Virus record (IMG/VR): IMGVR_UViG_3300030380_005901
Span: 64,001-128,000 of that record
Reading direction: 5' to 3' (one strand)
DNA length: 64,000 nucleotides
Source: a virus
Shown: positions 27,821 through 37,922 of the stretch, in pieces
Layout: every line of letters begins with the position of its first letter
Position numbering within the stretch: the stretch's first letter is position 1
Notes under the pieces: generated by a model
The model's database searches: none
What the model saw: only the letters and a program-made list of their open reading frames with translations
Told to the model about the DNA's origin: nothing
Made by a program: the position numbers and the translations under genes

Positions 27821-28519
27821 TTAAAAAGTTAATTTATAACCCACCCCTCTTACAGATTTAAAGAAGGTATTAGGGGTTTTGTCCTTCTCAAATATTTTTC
27901 TTAAAGACAGTATAACATTATCTATTGTTCTAGTTTTTATGTAAACATCATACCCCCATATCTTTTCTAAAATTTCTTCTCTAGACACAACTTCATTATT
28001 TTTACTAATTAAAAGTTTTAATAATTTAACTTGTCTTTGGGTTAATCTAAATTCATCACCCACCTCATTACTGACAATAAATGATTTAAAGTCAATACTA
28101 TGATCACCAATTTCTATTTTATCAGTAGTCATATTACTAACGTTTTTACCAAATAATTTAATATAATTTATGGTTTTATATTTTATTTCTTCATAAGACA
28201 AAGGTTTTACTAAGTAATCATTTACACCATTCCGTAATAATTGTAACATTTTGTTTTCATGATCGTGAAAACTAATATATATAATAGGTGTTTTACTATC
28301 CTCTAATCTTATGGTTTGAACTAAGTCTAACCCTTCGATATCCACTAATTTTTCATCTAAAATTACAACATCAAACCTAGATTCTCTTATTTTTGTAAGT
28401 CCCTCTTTTCCATGTATTACGGCAACACACTCAAAATTTTGGGTGTCGAATTGTTCAGTAATTGATGAATGGATTTCTTTATCTACACCAATTATTAATA
28501 TTCTATTTTTTTCCTCCAT
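27821..28519 (-). CDS. OmpR/PhoB-family response regulator
   Basis: Receiver (VVILDE, DYLVKP) + winged helix (VSREEILEKIWG, RTIDNVILSLRK, SVRGVGYK). Confidence 0.88.
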   Translation of the reverse strand: MEEKNRILIIGVDKEIHSSITEQFDTQNFECVAVIHGKEGLTKIRESRFDVVILDEKLVDIEGLDLVQTIRLEDSKTPIIYISFHDHENKMLQLLRNGVNDYLVKPLSYEEIKYKTINYIKLFGKNVSNMTTDKIEIGDHSIDFKSFIVSNEVGDEFRLTQRQVKLLKLLISKNNEVVSREEILEKIWGYDVYIKTRTIDNVILSLRKIFEKDKTPNTFFKSVRGVGYKLTF

Positions 28520-28521
28520 AA

Positions 28522-29160
28522 TTAATTATCAAACCAAAATACTATTCTTATATCATCTGGATTACCAAATTTCTGTAAATCAGGTACTAGAGTTTTAAAG
28601 AAATACGCATCTATACCCATATCATATAACTCTTTGGTACTCATTTTATAATACTTACTACTCATTAATTCTCTCAATGTTAAGTAATTATGTGAATGAG
28701 CGTCCATTCCCCAGTCATCTGATATACCTTTTATTTCATCACTCACATCATCAGGTAAGAAATCCCCTCTATCAGGTACTATCATATCTATTGATGTGTC
28801 TCTTACACCTGCCAATGCACCAAACAGTCTATAACACCTACCACCATAGGGTTGATCACTATAAGGATATGGAAATAATCCTTTTTGATCTGCCTCATAC
28901 CAATGTAGATGTTCATCTGCCATATTTTTTGGGATATAATTACCAATAATGTACTCTTCTAATTTATTAGAGGGTTCTTCACCATCTCTCCATTTTTGTA
29001 AAATAGTCCATCCTTCATCCTCAGTTATACCCATATTAGTCACTAAATGTCTTACTATAAGACTTGCACCATAAGATTGGAAAAATACATCTCCCATCTT
29101 ATCCCAATTATGTGTAACTGGATTTTTCTTTTCCACATACATATGTATATCACATCCCAT
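28522..29160 (-). CDS. Conserved phage protein (MGCDIH family)
   Basis: MGCDIH, R.Y.LFG.LAGVR, DAHSH..LTL.EL, RIVFWFDN. Confidence 0.75.
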   Translation of the reverse strand: MGCDIHMYVEKKNPVTHNWDKMGDVFFQSYGASLIVRHLVTNMGITEDEGWTILQKWRDGEEPSNKLEEYIIGNYIPKNMADEHLHWYEADQKGLFPYPYSDQPYGGRCYRLFGALAGVRDTSIDMIVPDRGDFLPDDVSDEIKGISDDWGMDAHSHNYLTLRELMSSKYYKMSTKELYDMGIDAYFFKTLVPDLQKFGNPDDIRIVFWFDN

Positions 29161-29202
29161 ACTTATAAATATTTAATTTTTTGTAAATATAGTAATTTAT
29201 AA

Positions 29203-31614
29203 TTAAAATTCAAAATTACCTGTGTCGAAAAAGTTGGTTATTGATTCTTCTATAGTATTAGGTTCATCAAGATTACAATTACCGATTACCCATTTATGTC
29301 CTTCTACTCCTTCATTAATTATAAACTTAACCGATAAACGTTTTTCGTCTTCTTCTAGTCCTTCTTCTATATTAGCTTTAATTTGTGCTCTCTCACTATC
29401 TGTTGACCATTCTAGTCTATAAGTACCTTTGGGGTAAAACATATAATCTTTAAGGAATATCCCACTCGTACTATCAAATTCACTAATTATACCACCATCA
29501 TCATCATTTAATCTATTCACTAATCCCTCAATTATTTTATTATACTTATTATATTTTTCGGGTATGAGATAGTTAGTTCTGTCGGGCTCATTTTTATAAA
29601 GAGAAAGAAATTCAGATAAAATATGCCCACTTTCTCTCACTTTTAAACCATCGTTAATCCTCTTTACCTCTATAGTAGAACCACTATCAATTATAACACC
29701 ATCATCTAATAAAACATCTATGTTTGCGGTAATATCATGTTTTTGAATACTCCTATCCTCCCCTCTTATAATTGCGCCATATAATGTATCCACACAATCC
29801 TCCCAATCGCTATCGGAATCAATTAACTCTTTTAATAATGTATTGTTAGGTAATAATCTAGATTTATTACCAATACTACTACCACAATCTCTAAAATAAT
29901 GTCTTAACATTTCATCGTCATCATTCCGACATTCACAAAAACTTAATTCATACTTAATGTGTTGGAATGTTTTAGTATTAACGTTATCTAATGTATCTTG
30001 AATATCCTCAACATCCATTGCATTATCCACCTTACCCATTATAGCCCTTAACGCTTTTTTAGATTTATTATTTTTAGTGGTTTGTGTTATGTCTCTTTCA
30101 TAGGTTTTTTTCAAAGTATTATTAATTTTAGTTAATATAGTATTAATTCCATCTAAACTATAATCTTTAATCTCTATCGCTTTATCAAAAACTTTTTTTA
30201 ATCCACCAAATAAACCTTTTACAGTTCTTTCGTCAGTTTTTTTTCGAATATCTAAGTATTCTTGTATGGCATCATATTTATTCGACCCACCCCCTATGTA
30301 TCTCCGAATTATAGATTCGAATTTTTTATATTTTTCTATATCCTTAACTATTTCTTTCTTTTTTTCTAATGCGTTTTTATATGGTAGGTATTTAAATAAA
30401 CTTTTTAGTGGTTTATTTGATCTTTTAGTTTTTATGACCTCAATAAATTCATTTATATCTTTTAATTTTTTTTCTAATTCATTAATTATGGTTATATTTT
30501 TACTTGTCGAATCTTTCCCAACAACGAAGGCATCTGCCATATCTTTTAAATCCCTTTCTATATCTTTATCACTTCGTTTATGTTCTATTTTATATACCCC
30601 AAAATTTACTAAATTATTGAATAACTCTAAAGAAGTGAGTTTATTTAATTTTTGTTTATTGTTAATATCTCTACCGTATTGAAATGATAATATATTTTTT
30701 AATTCATCACTGACACCACTAACATCCAATTTATTTGTTTCGTCTTGTGTTATCAACCCCAATATTATATCCCAAACTCTTCTGTTCACTATTCCAGTCT
30801 CTTCCATTTTATGATCTGCTTGTAACAGTTGTACATAAAATTCAGTGAATCCTGAAAATACTCCTTCTTCTTTTTCTCTTTCTAACCCTATTTTATAACC
30901 TTCGCCTTGATCATATTTATCCAACAAGAGGTTCTGTAATATTTTTAAATTTTGTTTTTCTGAATCTCTATCTATGGGTGTATCTATACTTAATAATGGT
31001 AAATCACTATTATTATCTTGTTCTATTTGGTTTTTCCTATTTTTTTCTTTGGTAACAGGAGTTTCATGGGGTTTTAATTCTACATCAAGTTCTTCAATTT
31101 TATCACCTAATATTTTAATAATATCTTCAGGTACAAATTGTGCTACGTAATTATCAGCACCTAAGTCTTTAACGGATGATAATAGGGTTTGTAATTGGAT
31201 TTGTAATGTGTTTGAGTTTTTGGGGACATCTCTCCACGTCTTGTCTTTTTTTTCTATAAATTTATTATGTATACGTTTTAATTCCTCAAATTTATTACTA
31301 AGAAATAATACGTCCTCTATAAAATTATCTTCTAAATTATTTACACCTAAAAACTCCGATAATTGTTGTTTATTATTAACTAACACTTCCCATCTTTCCT
31401 TAAATTTATCATATATTTCGTCTATGTTTGTGAATTCATTATGTGATCTTAACTGACGAATAATAAAATCATAATCCGATTTTATTTGTTTGTACTCTTT
31501 TTCTATTTCGGGGTGTAACTTTTTAGGGTTATTATAACTACCATACTCATTCAATACCAATTTACCGGTATCAAAGAATTCTTCTACTATAATGTCTAAT
31601 GATTTTTTATCCAT
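29203..31614 (-). CDS. Large late protein with a peptidoglycan-binding-like domain
   Basis: LQNLL...GVFSGFTEFYVQLLQADHKMEETGIV...W resembles PG_binding_1; late motif upstream. Confidence 0.6.
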   Translation of the reverse strand: MDKKSLDIIVEEFFDTGKLVLNEYGSYNNPKKLHPEIEKEYKQIKSDYDFIIRQLRSHNEFTNIDEIYDKFKERWEVLVNNKQQLSEFLGVNNLEDNFIEDVLFLSNKFEELKRIHNKFIEKKDKTWRDVPKNSNTLQIQLQTLLSSVKDLGADNYVAQFVPEDIIKILGDKIEELDVELKPHETPVTKEKNRKNQIEQDNNSDLPLLSIDTPIDRDSEKQNLKILQNLLLDKYDQGEGYKIGLEREKEEGVFSGFTEFYVQLLQADHKMEETGIVNRRVWDIILGLITQDETNKLDVSGVSDELKNILSFQYGRDINNKQKLNKLTSLELFNNLVNFGVYKIEHKRSDKDIERDLKDMADAFVVGKDSTSKNITIINELEKKLKDINEFIEVIKTKRSNKPLKSLFKYLPYKNALEKKKEIVKDIEKYKKFESIIRRYIGGGSNKYDAIQEYLDIRKKTDERTVKGLFGGLKKVFDKAIEIKDYSLDGINTILTKINNTLKKTYERDITQTTKNNKSKKALRAIMGKVDNAMDVEDIQDTLDNVNTKTFQHIKYELSFCECRNDDDEMLRHYFRDCGSSIGNKSRLLPNNTLLKELIDSDSDWEDCVDTLYGAIIRGEDRSIQKHDITANIDVLLDDGVIIDSGSTIEVKRINDGLKVRESGHILSEFLSLYKNEPDRTNYLIPEKYNKYNKIIEGLVNRLNDDDGGIISEFDSTSGIFLKDYMFYPKGTYRLEWSTDSERAQIKANIEEGLEEDEKRLSVKFIINEGVEGHKWVIGNCNLDEPNTIEESITNFFDTGNFEF

Positions 31615-31632
31615 ATATTAATAAATATCCCT

Positions 31633-32694
31633 TTAATTGGAATACTTATTAATAAGATAATCTAAATTATCTTGTAGGATATCTTTGGCGATGAACTCAC
31701 CTTCTTTCATAGATTCTCTGTCGTATAACATTATACCATTCTTATCTGATGTTTCACCAGCAAATAAATCGATATATCTATAATTAGGATAGTCCATTGC
31801 CATTTTAGCTGCGTTAGACTTACTTTTAACTTGTATTAAATAAACCTTACCTTCTAACTCCATAATCATATCAATACCATACTTCATATCAATAAAGTTA
31901 CCATTATTACCGTGATACAGTAATTTAAAACCTTGTTTTTCCAATAACTTAATTGTTAAATCTTCTATTTCATCTCCAATGATAGTATTCTTTCGAGTAT
32001 TATACGTATAATCGTCATATTCATCCACAGTAAAGTATTTTTCTAATAATCTATAAAGATGTGATGACTTAGGATTTTTTCTGGTTGGGTTTCCACTGTT
32101 TCTTAAATTTAAAAGAAAGTTTTTTATTTCAGTAACATTCATATGTTTAAGTTCCTCTATTTTACCACCCCTCATAAACAATGTAGTAAGTAGTTCTGCA
32201 AGATCACTCCAACTCGTATTTAATTTGTTTACAAATACCCATTCACCTTCTTCATCCCTAACTAACTCACAACTTAATAGTCTTTGAGATGTGTAATAAC
32301 CATCTTTTTCACTTATATCTTTAAATTTACCAGTTTCGTACAAATACTTTAAAGGTTCTTGAAAATTAGGATTCATATCCCTATCATCTTTACGAGGTAA
32401 CAATAAGGTATCTATAATAGGTTGCATATCTAACCCATCTTTTTCTTTTAACCACCTACCTAATACATTTAATTTATCACAAACACCTCTTTCTTCGCCT
32501 TGAAATCTTTTACAGGTATAGTAAGATAATCTCTCTTCGATACTACGTTCTTCTAAGACTTTATCTACTACTTCTCTTTCTTTAGCTTCGTACTCTACAC
32601 TAGGGTGTTCTAAACCTAATTCTTTTTCGTTTTCTTTTACTTCGTCATTTAAAATAAAATTAACAAAGTCATTTATATCATCGGATTTTTGCAT
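31633..32694 (-). CDS. Protein with C-terminal PD-(D/E)xK nuclease-like domain
   Basis: GDEIE...DMKYGIDMIM...LIQVKS. Confidence 0.55.
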   Translation of the reverse strand: MQKSDDINDFVNFILNDEVKENEKELGLEHPSVEYEAKEREVVDKVLEERSIEERLSYYTCKRFQGEERGVCDKLNVLGRWLKEKDGLDMQPIIDTLLLPRKDDRDMNPNFQEPLKYLYETGKFKDISEKDGYYTSQRLLSCELVRDEEGEWVFVNKLNTSWSDLAELLTTLFMRGGKIEELKHMNVTEIKNFLLNLRNSGNPTRKNPKSSHLYRLLEKYFTVDEYDDYTYNTRKNTIIGDEIEDLTIKLLEKQGFKLLYHGNNGNFIDMKYGIDMIMELEGKVYLIQVKSKSNAAKMAMDYPNYRYIDLFAGETSDKNGIMLYDRESMKEGEFIAKDILQDNLDYLINKYSN

Positions 32695-32736
32695 ATACTT
32701 TTTTTTAAACTTAATTAAAAAAAATGAGAATGTAAA

Positions 32737-32958
32737 TTATTTTTGTTTAAAAATGAAAGTTACACCTGCAATATTAACTTCTATTTCTTTATTGTGATTG
32801 AAAGTGGAGTTATTATTATTAGTTTTATAAAATAACTCTTCGTCTAAATGTCTGTGAGTTTTAGAATCTAAAAAATATGTGAGGGTAAGTTCTTCAGTTG
32901 GTATTACTTCATTACTTACACATTCATTGGCAATCTCTAAAACTTTTTCTAAATTCAT
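32737..32958 (-). CDS. Hypothetical protein
   Basis: 73 aa ORF in operon. Confidence 0.6.
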   Translation of the reverse strand: MNLEKVLEIANECVSNEVIPTEELTLTYFLDSKTHRHLDEELFYKTNNNNSTFNHNKEIEVNIAGVTFIFKQK

Positions 32959-32959
32959 T

Positions 32960-33151
32960 TTAAAATATTTTTTTTAATTTTAACCAAAAGTTTTCCCACT
33001 TACTTCTCTTAATTTTTTTAACTTTATTACCATTTTTTTTGATGTGTTCTCCTAAACCATTTTTTATCTCACGAATAAATTGTTCTTTTTTGAGTTGGGT
33101 TTTTTCGCGATCCATCTCAATACCAAATCTTTCTCTTTCTATTTCATCCAT
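32960..33151 (-). CDS. Hypothetical protein
   Basis: 63 aa ORF in operon. Confidence 0.55.
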   Translation of the reverse strand: MDEIERERFGIEMDREKTQLKKEQFIREIKNGLGEHIKKNGNKVKKIKRSKWENFWLKLKKIF

Positions 33152-33164
33152 ATTACAATTATAA

Positions 33165-33542
33165 TTAAATAATTCTAACTAGTGAAGAATAAAGTGAAGG
33201 AAATAAGGGTTTAGGTAACTTTTCCATATTAAACCAACCCCAATCTATGTTTTCATCATCTAATTTACATTCGTATTCTTCATCACAATACCCAATGTAA
33301 AAATCAAAATAGGGAATTAGTTGATTTTGATGTTCAAAAAATTCATAACGAATATTATCATCACTAATACCGGTTTCTTCTTTTAACTCTCTTTTTATAC
33401 CTTCTAATGGTTTTTCACCTCTTTCGATACCACCAGATACTATAGACCACGTTTTAGGATAACTAGCCTGTTTACATCTTTTTAATAATAAAAAATTATT
33501 TGTTTCCTTACAAATTAATAAAACTCCTCCGTATTTTCTCAT
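33165..33542 (-). CDS. NUDIX hydrolase
   Basis: Nudix box GGIERGEKPLEGIKRELKEETGI. Confidence 0.9.
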   Translation of the reverse strand: MRKYGGVLLICKETNNFLLLKRCKQASYPKTWSIVSGGIERGEKPLEGIKRELKEETGISDDNIRYEFFEHQNQLIPYFDFYIGYCDEEYECKLDDENIDWGWFNMEKLPKPLFPSLYSSLVRII

Positions 33543-33552
33543 AATAATAAAT

Positions 33553-34566
33553 TTAAGTCATTATATCTTCTTTGTCAACCATAAAATACTCTAAAGGAAC
33601 ATAACCTAAATAGTTATTTCTAAAATACTTGTAATCATTAAACGTATCGTTTGTTACTTGAACTCCATCGTTTGTACCTTCATCCCAACCAGTACCTGCC
33701 GAATGAATCATACTAATTTTGTTACCATTTACATCAGATACAATTCCCGTATGTTTAGCTTTTTTACCATCAAATAATAAAATATCACCTGGTTTTACTT
33801 CGTCATAGTTATTTCTACCCCCTCTAAAACCTTCTTCTCTTTTTAATGTAGAAGTAGTATCTCTTCCTGGTGAATCGAGACCATCAACATGTCTAAACGT
33901 CCAATCTACCAAACCACTACAATCACCACCGACACCATCAAACTCACCTCCCCACACATATGGTTCACCTAGTCTTTCTGATGCTTTATCTACGACTTCT
34001 CTTCCTAACTTAATTACTTTATCACTTATTTCATAGTCACCATCTTCAACATTATCCCAATCCAATTCTTTTTTCTCTTCTTCTTCCTCTTCTTCGTCAT
34101 TATAGTGGGGTTCGTCATCATCACCCATAATATTTTCATCATCTAACCCTAATAATAACACCTCTTCTACTGACATAGCGTGTTCGTCCCCTAATTCTTC
34201 TATATCGTCATATAATTCTGTATAGGTTTTTGGACCCACTATTGAATCCCACTCAATTGGTTCAATAAAGGTGTCTTTTTGAAAGTGTCTTACCGCTTCT
34301 GCAGTGTCTGGACCATAAATACCGTCAATAACCGGTTCACCATCCCCGTAATGTCCTACATCATATCCTAAAAGAGTTAACATAGTTTGAACTCTTTTTA
34401 CCGAATTTTTATTGTTTTTTCTATACCTACGTAAATATTTACCACCTAAATCATCTTGAAATTTATCTGCAGTATCAGATAAATTAGCTAATGTAGTTAA
34501 AGTTTCTGAAGATTCACTGTCTTCTTTAATTCTTCTTAATTGTCTCTCACTTATTTTTAGTCTCAT
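33553..34566 (-). CDS. Peptidoglycan-binding + NlpC/P60 endopeptidase with MRLKISERQL leader
   Basis: VQTMLTLLGY..IDGIYGPDTAEAVRHFQ; GEPYVWGG..DCSGLV..PGDILLF..HTGIV..MIHS. Confidence 0.85.
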   Translation of the reverse strand: MRLKISERQLRRIKEDSESSETLTTLANLSDTADKFQDDLGGKYLRRYRKNNKNSVKRVQTMLTLLGYDVGHYGDGEPVIDGIYGPDTAEAVRHFQKDTFIEPIEWDSIVGPKTYTELYDDIEELGDEHAMSVEEVLLLGLDDENIMGDDDEPHYNDEEEEEEEKKELDWDNVEDGDYEISDKVIKLGREVVDKASERLGEPYVWGGEFDGVGGDCSGLVDWTFRHVDGLDSPGRDTTSTLKREEGFRGGRNNYDEVKPGDILLFDGKKAKHTGIVSDVNGNKISMIHSAGTGWDEGTNDGVQVTNDTFNDYKYFRNNYLGYVPLEYFMVDKEDIMT

Positions 34567-34978
34567 ACCATTCTTTTATTTTCATCAATTTTATACCTAT
34601 TTCACTACTATTAATAGTTTCATTTAAATTTTTACTATTATTGTGGATAATATTAATAAATACATCCTTAATTTTATTAGACTCATCTAAATACATAGTA
34701 TTATTATCTAATTCAATAATAGTTTCATTTAACCTTTCATTATAAATATTTAAAATTAAGTTATCCATTGGTAATGAATTAAAAAATTTGTGTTTACTTA
34801 ATTTTAAATTAAGATTATTTAGTGAAATTACATTTTCATTTAGATTTTTATCTTCTATTTTTTTAATTATATTATCTTTTATATAAACACCCCATTCATT
34901 AAGAAAATTATTTTCTTTATTCTGTTGGCGTATTAAACGTTTATACTGATTATTATTGACAATTAATTTCATTTTCAC
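34547..34978 (-). CDS. Asn-rich hypothetical protein
   Basis: 143 aa, weak leader MKLIVNNNQYKRLI. Confidence 0.55.
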   Translation of the reverse strand: MKMKLIVNNNQYKRLIRQQNKENNFLNEWGVYIKDNIIKKIEDKNLNENVISLNNLNLKLSKHKFFNSLPMDNLILNIYNERLNETIIELDNNTMYLDESNKIKDVFINIIHNNSKNLNETINSSEIGIKLMKIKEWYETKNK

Positions 34979-35018
34979 TATCTTTACTATATAATAAATA
35001 GTTTAAAAAACATAAAAA

Positions 35019-35339
35019 ATGAGTATTTTAATTAGTATTTTAGTATGTTATGGAATTTGTAACATAATAGTATATGGGAGTATATTTGAAGGTTTAAGAG
35101 ATAAACTAAATCTATACTCGCCAGATTTTTGGGGAAAATTGTTTAGTTGTATGATGTGTTTACCTTTTTGGATTGGTATTTTTATATCTACTAGTGTACA
35201 TTTATTGGGATATAATCAATTTTCACCTCTTTCATTGAATGGGTTAGATAATTGTTATATTTCTATATTTTTTGACGCTTGTTTTTTTTCAGGTACGACT
35301 TGGTTAATTCATACATTACAAGAACATTTTGAGGTATAA
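35019..35339 (+). CDS. DUF1360-like membrane protein
   Basis: IFEGLR...LFSCMMCLPFWIG with TM helices. Confidence 0.6.
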   Translation: MSILISILVCYGICNIIVYGSIFEGLRDKLNLYSPDFWGKLFSCMMCLPFWIGIFISTSVHLLGYNQFSPLSLNGLDNCYISIFFDACFFSGTTWLIHTLQEHFEV

Positions 35340-35350
35340 AAAAAGAGGAA

Positions 35351-35818
35351 TTAATTTTCCTCTTTTTCTAATTCTTTTTTAACTTCCTCTTTAGGAGGTA
35401 ATTCTACTTTACTATTTAGGTGCCTACTACTTTGTGGTATTTCAATGTCTTTTAGGGTTGGTTCTGTAAGTTCTGGAATTACAAATTTTAATCTTTCTAA
35501 ATCCTTTAAAGTTTTATCCGTAAATAACCTCTTTAATTCTTCTATTTTAGCTTTAAGTAAAACTAATTTATTCTCTTTTTCTATGTTTACATTTATAACA
35601 TTTTCTACATGTATAACCACATCATCTATAGAGTCTTTAGGATCTTTAGGGAAAACCATAAAATAATTTTTGTTATTATTACTAGGTTTATAAGCTACCT
35701 TATCAGACTCAAACATATTCCAACCTTCTTTTAAGACTAAATCAACAACGGCTAAATCTTTTACAAATCTCAATCCTGTTACATAAGGTCTTAAAGTATT
35801 TAATTTTTCTTGTATCAT
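35351..35818 (-). CDS. Hypothetical protein
   Basis: 155 aa ORF. Confidence 0.65.
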   Translation of the reverse strand: MIQEKLNTLRPYVTGLRFVKDLAVVDLVLKEGWNMFESDKVAYKPSNNNKNYFMVFPKDPKDSIDDVVIHVENVINVNIEKENKLVLLKAKIEELKRLFTDKTLKDLERLKFVIPELTEPTLKDIEIPQSSRHLNSKVELPPKEEVKKELEKEEN

Positions 35819-35819
35819 T

Positions 35820-36017
35820 TTAAATTTTTATACCTTCTATTAATGTTAGTATTATATATGATATAGACATTCCTAAAATTAATAAAGAAGGCTTGTTTAA
35901 TTTAAATCTATCACCATCTTTAAAACTCCTAATCAAAAAAAACGAATTTCTTATTACGTTTAGAATAGATAGGACTAATAAAAACAAAAATATTTTATTA
36001 AGAATGTCTATCATCAT
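35820..36017 (-). CDS. Small two-TM protein
   Basis: Two hydrophobic helices. Confidence 0.55.
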   Translation of the reverse strand: MMIDILNKIFLFLLVLSILNVIRNSFFLIRSFKDGDRFKLNKPSLLILGMSISYIILTLIEGIKI

Positions 36018-36028
36018 ATTAATTATTT

Positions 36029-36217
36029 TTATACTGCTACAGTATCTGACTTTTTTAATTCAGAAACTTCTATTCTCATAGTTTGACAAAGATTTTTAAT
36101 ATCTTGACATCCTTTTCTTACTCTAGTTCCAGCCGCTTTATTATTTTTTTCGTAAAATTTTACTGCATCTTCTTCTAAATTTGCTACTAATTCTTTTAAT
36201 GTTTCAAAATTTTTCAT
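36029..36217 (-). CDS. Histone H1-like (Hc1-family) small protein
   Basis: LEEDAVKFYEKNNKAAGTRVRKGCQDIK motif. Confidence 0.8.
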   Translation of the reverse strand: MKNFETLKELVANLEEDAVKFYEKNNKAAGTRVRKGCQDIKNLCQTMRIEVSELKKSDTVAV

Positions 36218-36237
36218 TTTTTTAATTTTAATTTTTG

Positions 36238-36489
36238 TTATTTTTCTTCGTTTACACTTTCATTTGTAACACTACTAGCAGCAGTTATTTGTGCTAAGTA
36301 TTCTGTGAGAGTGTTTATTTTATTGTTAACGTTAACTATTGATTCTAAAACTTTTTCAAATTTTTTCTTTTTCTTTTTGGCTTCAAATAAAGAATTATTT
36401 AAAATATAATTTAAATCCATTTCTAACGTATCTCTTTCAGATATTAAATCTGATAAAACTATTTCTAAAAATTTAATTTTACTATTCAT
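36238..36489 (-). CDS. Hypothetical coiled-coil protein
   Basis: 83 aa ORF. Confidence 0.55.
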   Translation of the reverse strand: MNSKIKFLEIVLSDLISERDTLEMDLNYILNNSLFEAKKKKKKFEKVLESIVNVNNKINTLTEYLAQITAASSVTNESVNEEK

Positions 36490-36534
36490 ATATGTAACTA
36501 TAAAACTATTTTGTTATAAAATAAATACTAAAAC

Positions 36535-37002
36535 CTACATTTTTAACTTATAATCTAAACTTTTTTCAAAAATTCTATATAATTCTAATAATACATCCAT
36601 ATCAGATCTAGTTTTTAACCTATAATAATCAAAAGACATATTAGGGAATTTATCTAACTTATCTAAAATATCTTTTTTGGTGGGAGTGTAGTAAAATAAT
36701 TCCACATAAAAATTAAAAAAATATTCTTTTAATAAATCGGTTTCCATAAATAATATACCCTCTTTACTAAAATTTTTAATTGTATGATTAAAACACCAAT
36801 TAAAATGGTTTTTTATATCTTCTTCGTTATTTATTACGTCATCACCTAAAAAAGTATTATTAACTTTTCTATTAAGAGTCATAATAAACTCATAATATAA
36901 ATTACATTTATCATAATTTATATTATTTGCTTTATATAACAATGTCATTTCTTCCATTGTTAACTCCTTAGTAATGTACTGTATAAACTCTGCACTATTC
37001 AT
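36535..37002 (-). CDS. Conserved hypothetical phage protein
   Basis: TFLGDD..HFNWC..NF.KEGI.F pattern. Confidence 0.6.
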   Translation of the reverse strand: MNSAEFIQYITKELTMEEMTLLYKANNINYDKCNLYYEFIMTLNRKVNNTFLGDDVINNEEDIKNHFNWCFNHTIKNFSKEGILFMETDLLKEYFFNFYVELFYYTPTKKDILDKLDKFPNMSFDYYRLKTRSDMDVLLELYRIFEKSLDYKLKM

Positions 37003-37048
37003 ATAATATTAATATAATACCAATTATTACTCGAATAAAGAGTTATTA

Positions 37049-37885
37049 TTAAATAATTTTTTTAGATTCTACTTCTTTTATCATTTGGTAGTGAATTTTT
37101 GCAATCCTATCTCTACCCTCTTCACTTAAAAGTAATTTACTTTCTTCTCTATTAGTCATAAAGAAGTTTTCTGATAATATGGAAGGCATAACTACTTTAC
37201 GTAGAACCCAAAAATTAGATTCTTTATCTGCGTCTCCATCTCTTGTATCTACCCTCATTTTATGTGTTGGGAATTCTACTTTTGCCTTTTCATGTAATAT
37301 TTGAGCAATTTTATCAGATTTAGTTTCACCTACAGTTGTATATACTGACCAACCGTGTGCGGATTCTTTGTTAAATCCATTAGCGTGTACTGAAACATAA
37401 ATACATTTCTTACCATCACTTTGTTGTCTTTCTCTGTATATGTCATTTGCTTTATCAGTTCTCCATCTTAATGATAAATCTTTTTCTGTATCAACTAAAT
37501 TAATACACTCAATACCATCTTTTTCACACATCTTAATAATTCTATTTACAACTGCCCTATTGAACTCTCCTTCAAATAACTGTGTACCATCCTCCCACTT
37601 AGGTGATCGTTTACCAGGTGTCTGATATACACCGTCTATAATACCTCCATGTCCATTATCTAATATCCATACGTACCCATCACTTTTTTCTATACTGTTG
37701 TTTCTACTTTGTATCTTTTTCCATGTCTTAGGTCCGACTATACCATCAGTTTTTAAACCGTTTTGTGCTTGAAATCTCATTACTGCTAGTTCAGTTGCAG
37801 GACCGAAATCACCATCAACAGTAATATTTAATAATTTTTGTAGTTCTTTAACATCATCACCTTTACTTCCTTTTTTTAATAACAT
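37049..37885 (-). CDS. Endolysin: PG-binding domain + N-acetylmuramoyl-L-alanine amidase (Amidase_3)
   Basis: MLLKKGSKGDDVKELQ..DGDFGPATE; ILDNGHGG, E.EFN, VSVHANG, SILSENFFMTN; start moved to 37885. Confidence 0.9.
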   Translation of the reverse strand: MLLKKGSKGDDVKELQKLLNITVDGDFGPATELAVMRFQAQNGLKTDGIVGPKTWKKIQSRNNSIEKSDGYVWILDNGHGGIIDGVYQTPGKRSPKWEDGTQLFEGEFNRAVVNRIIKMCEKDGIECINLVDTEKDLSLRWRTDKANDIYRERQQSDGKKCIYVSVHANGFNKESAHGWSVYTTVGETKSDKIAQILHEKAKVEFPTHKMRVDTRDGDADKESNFWVLRKVVMPSILSENFFMTNREESKLLLSEEGRDRIAKIHYQMIKEVESKKII

Positions 37886-37922
37886 ATTTCTATTTTTTTG
37901 TTCTATTATTGGTTTGTCCGAA

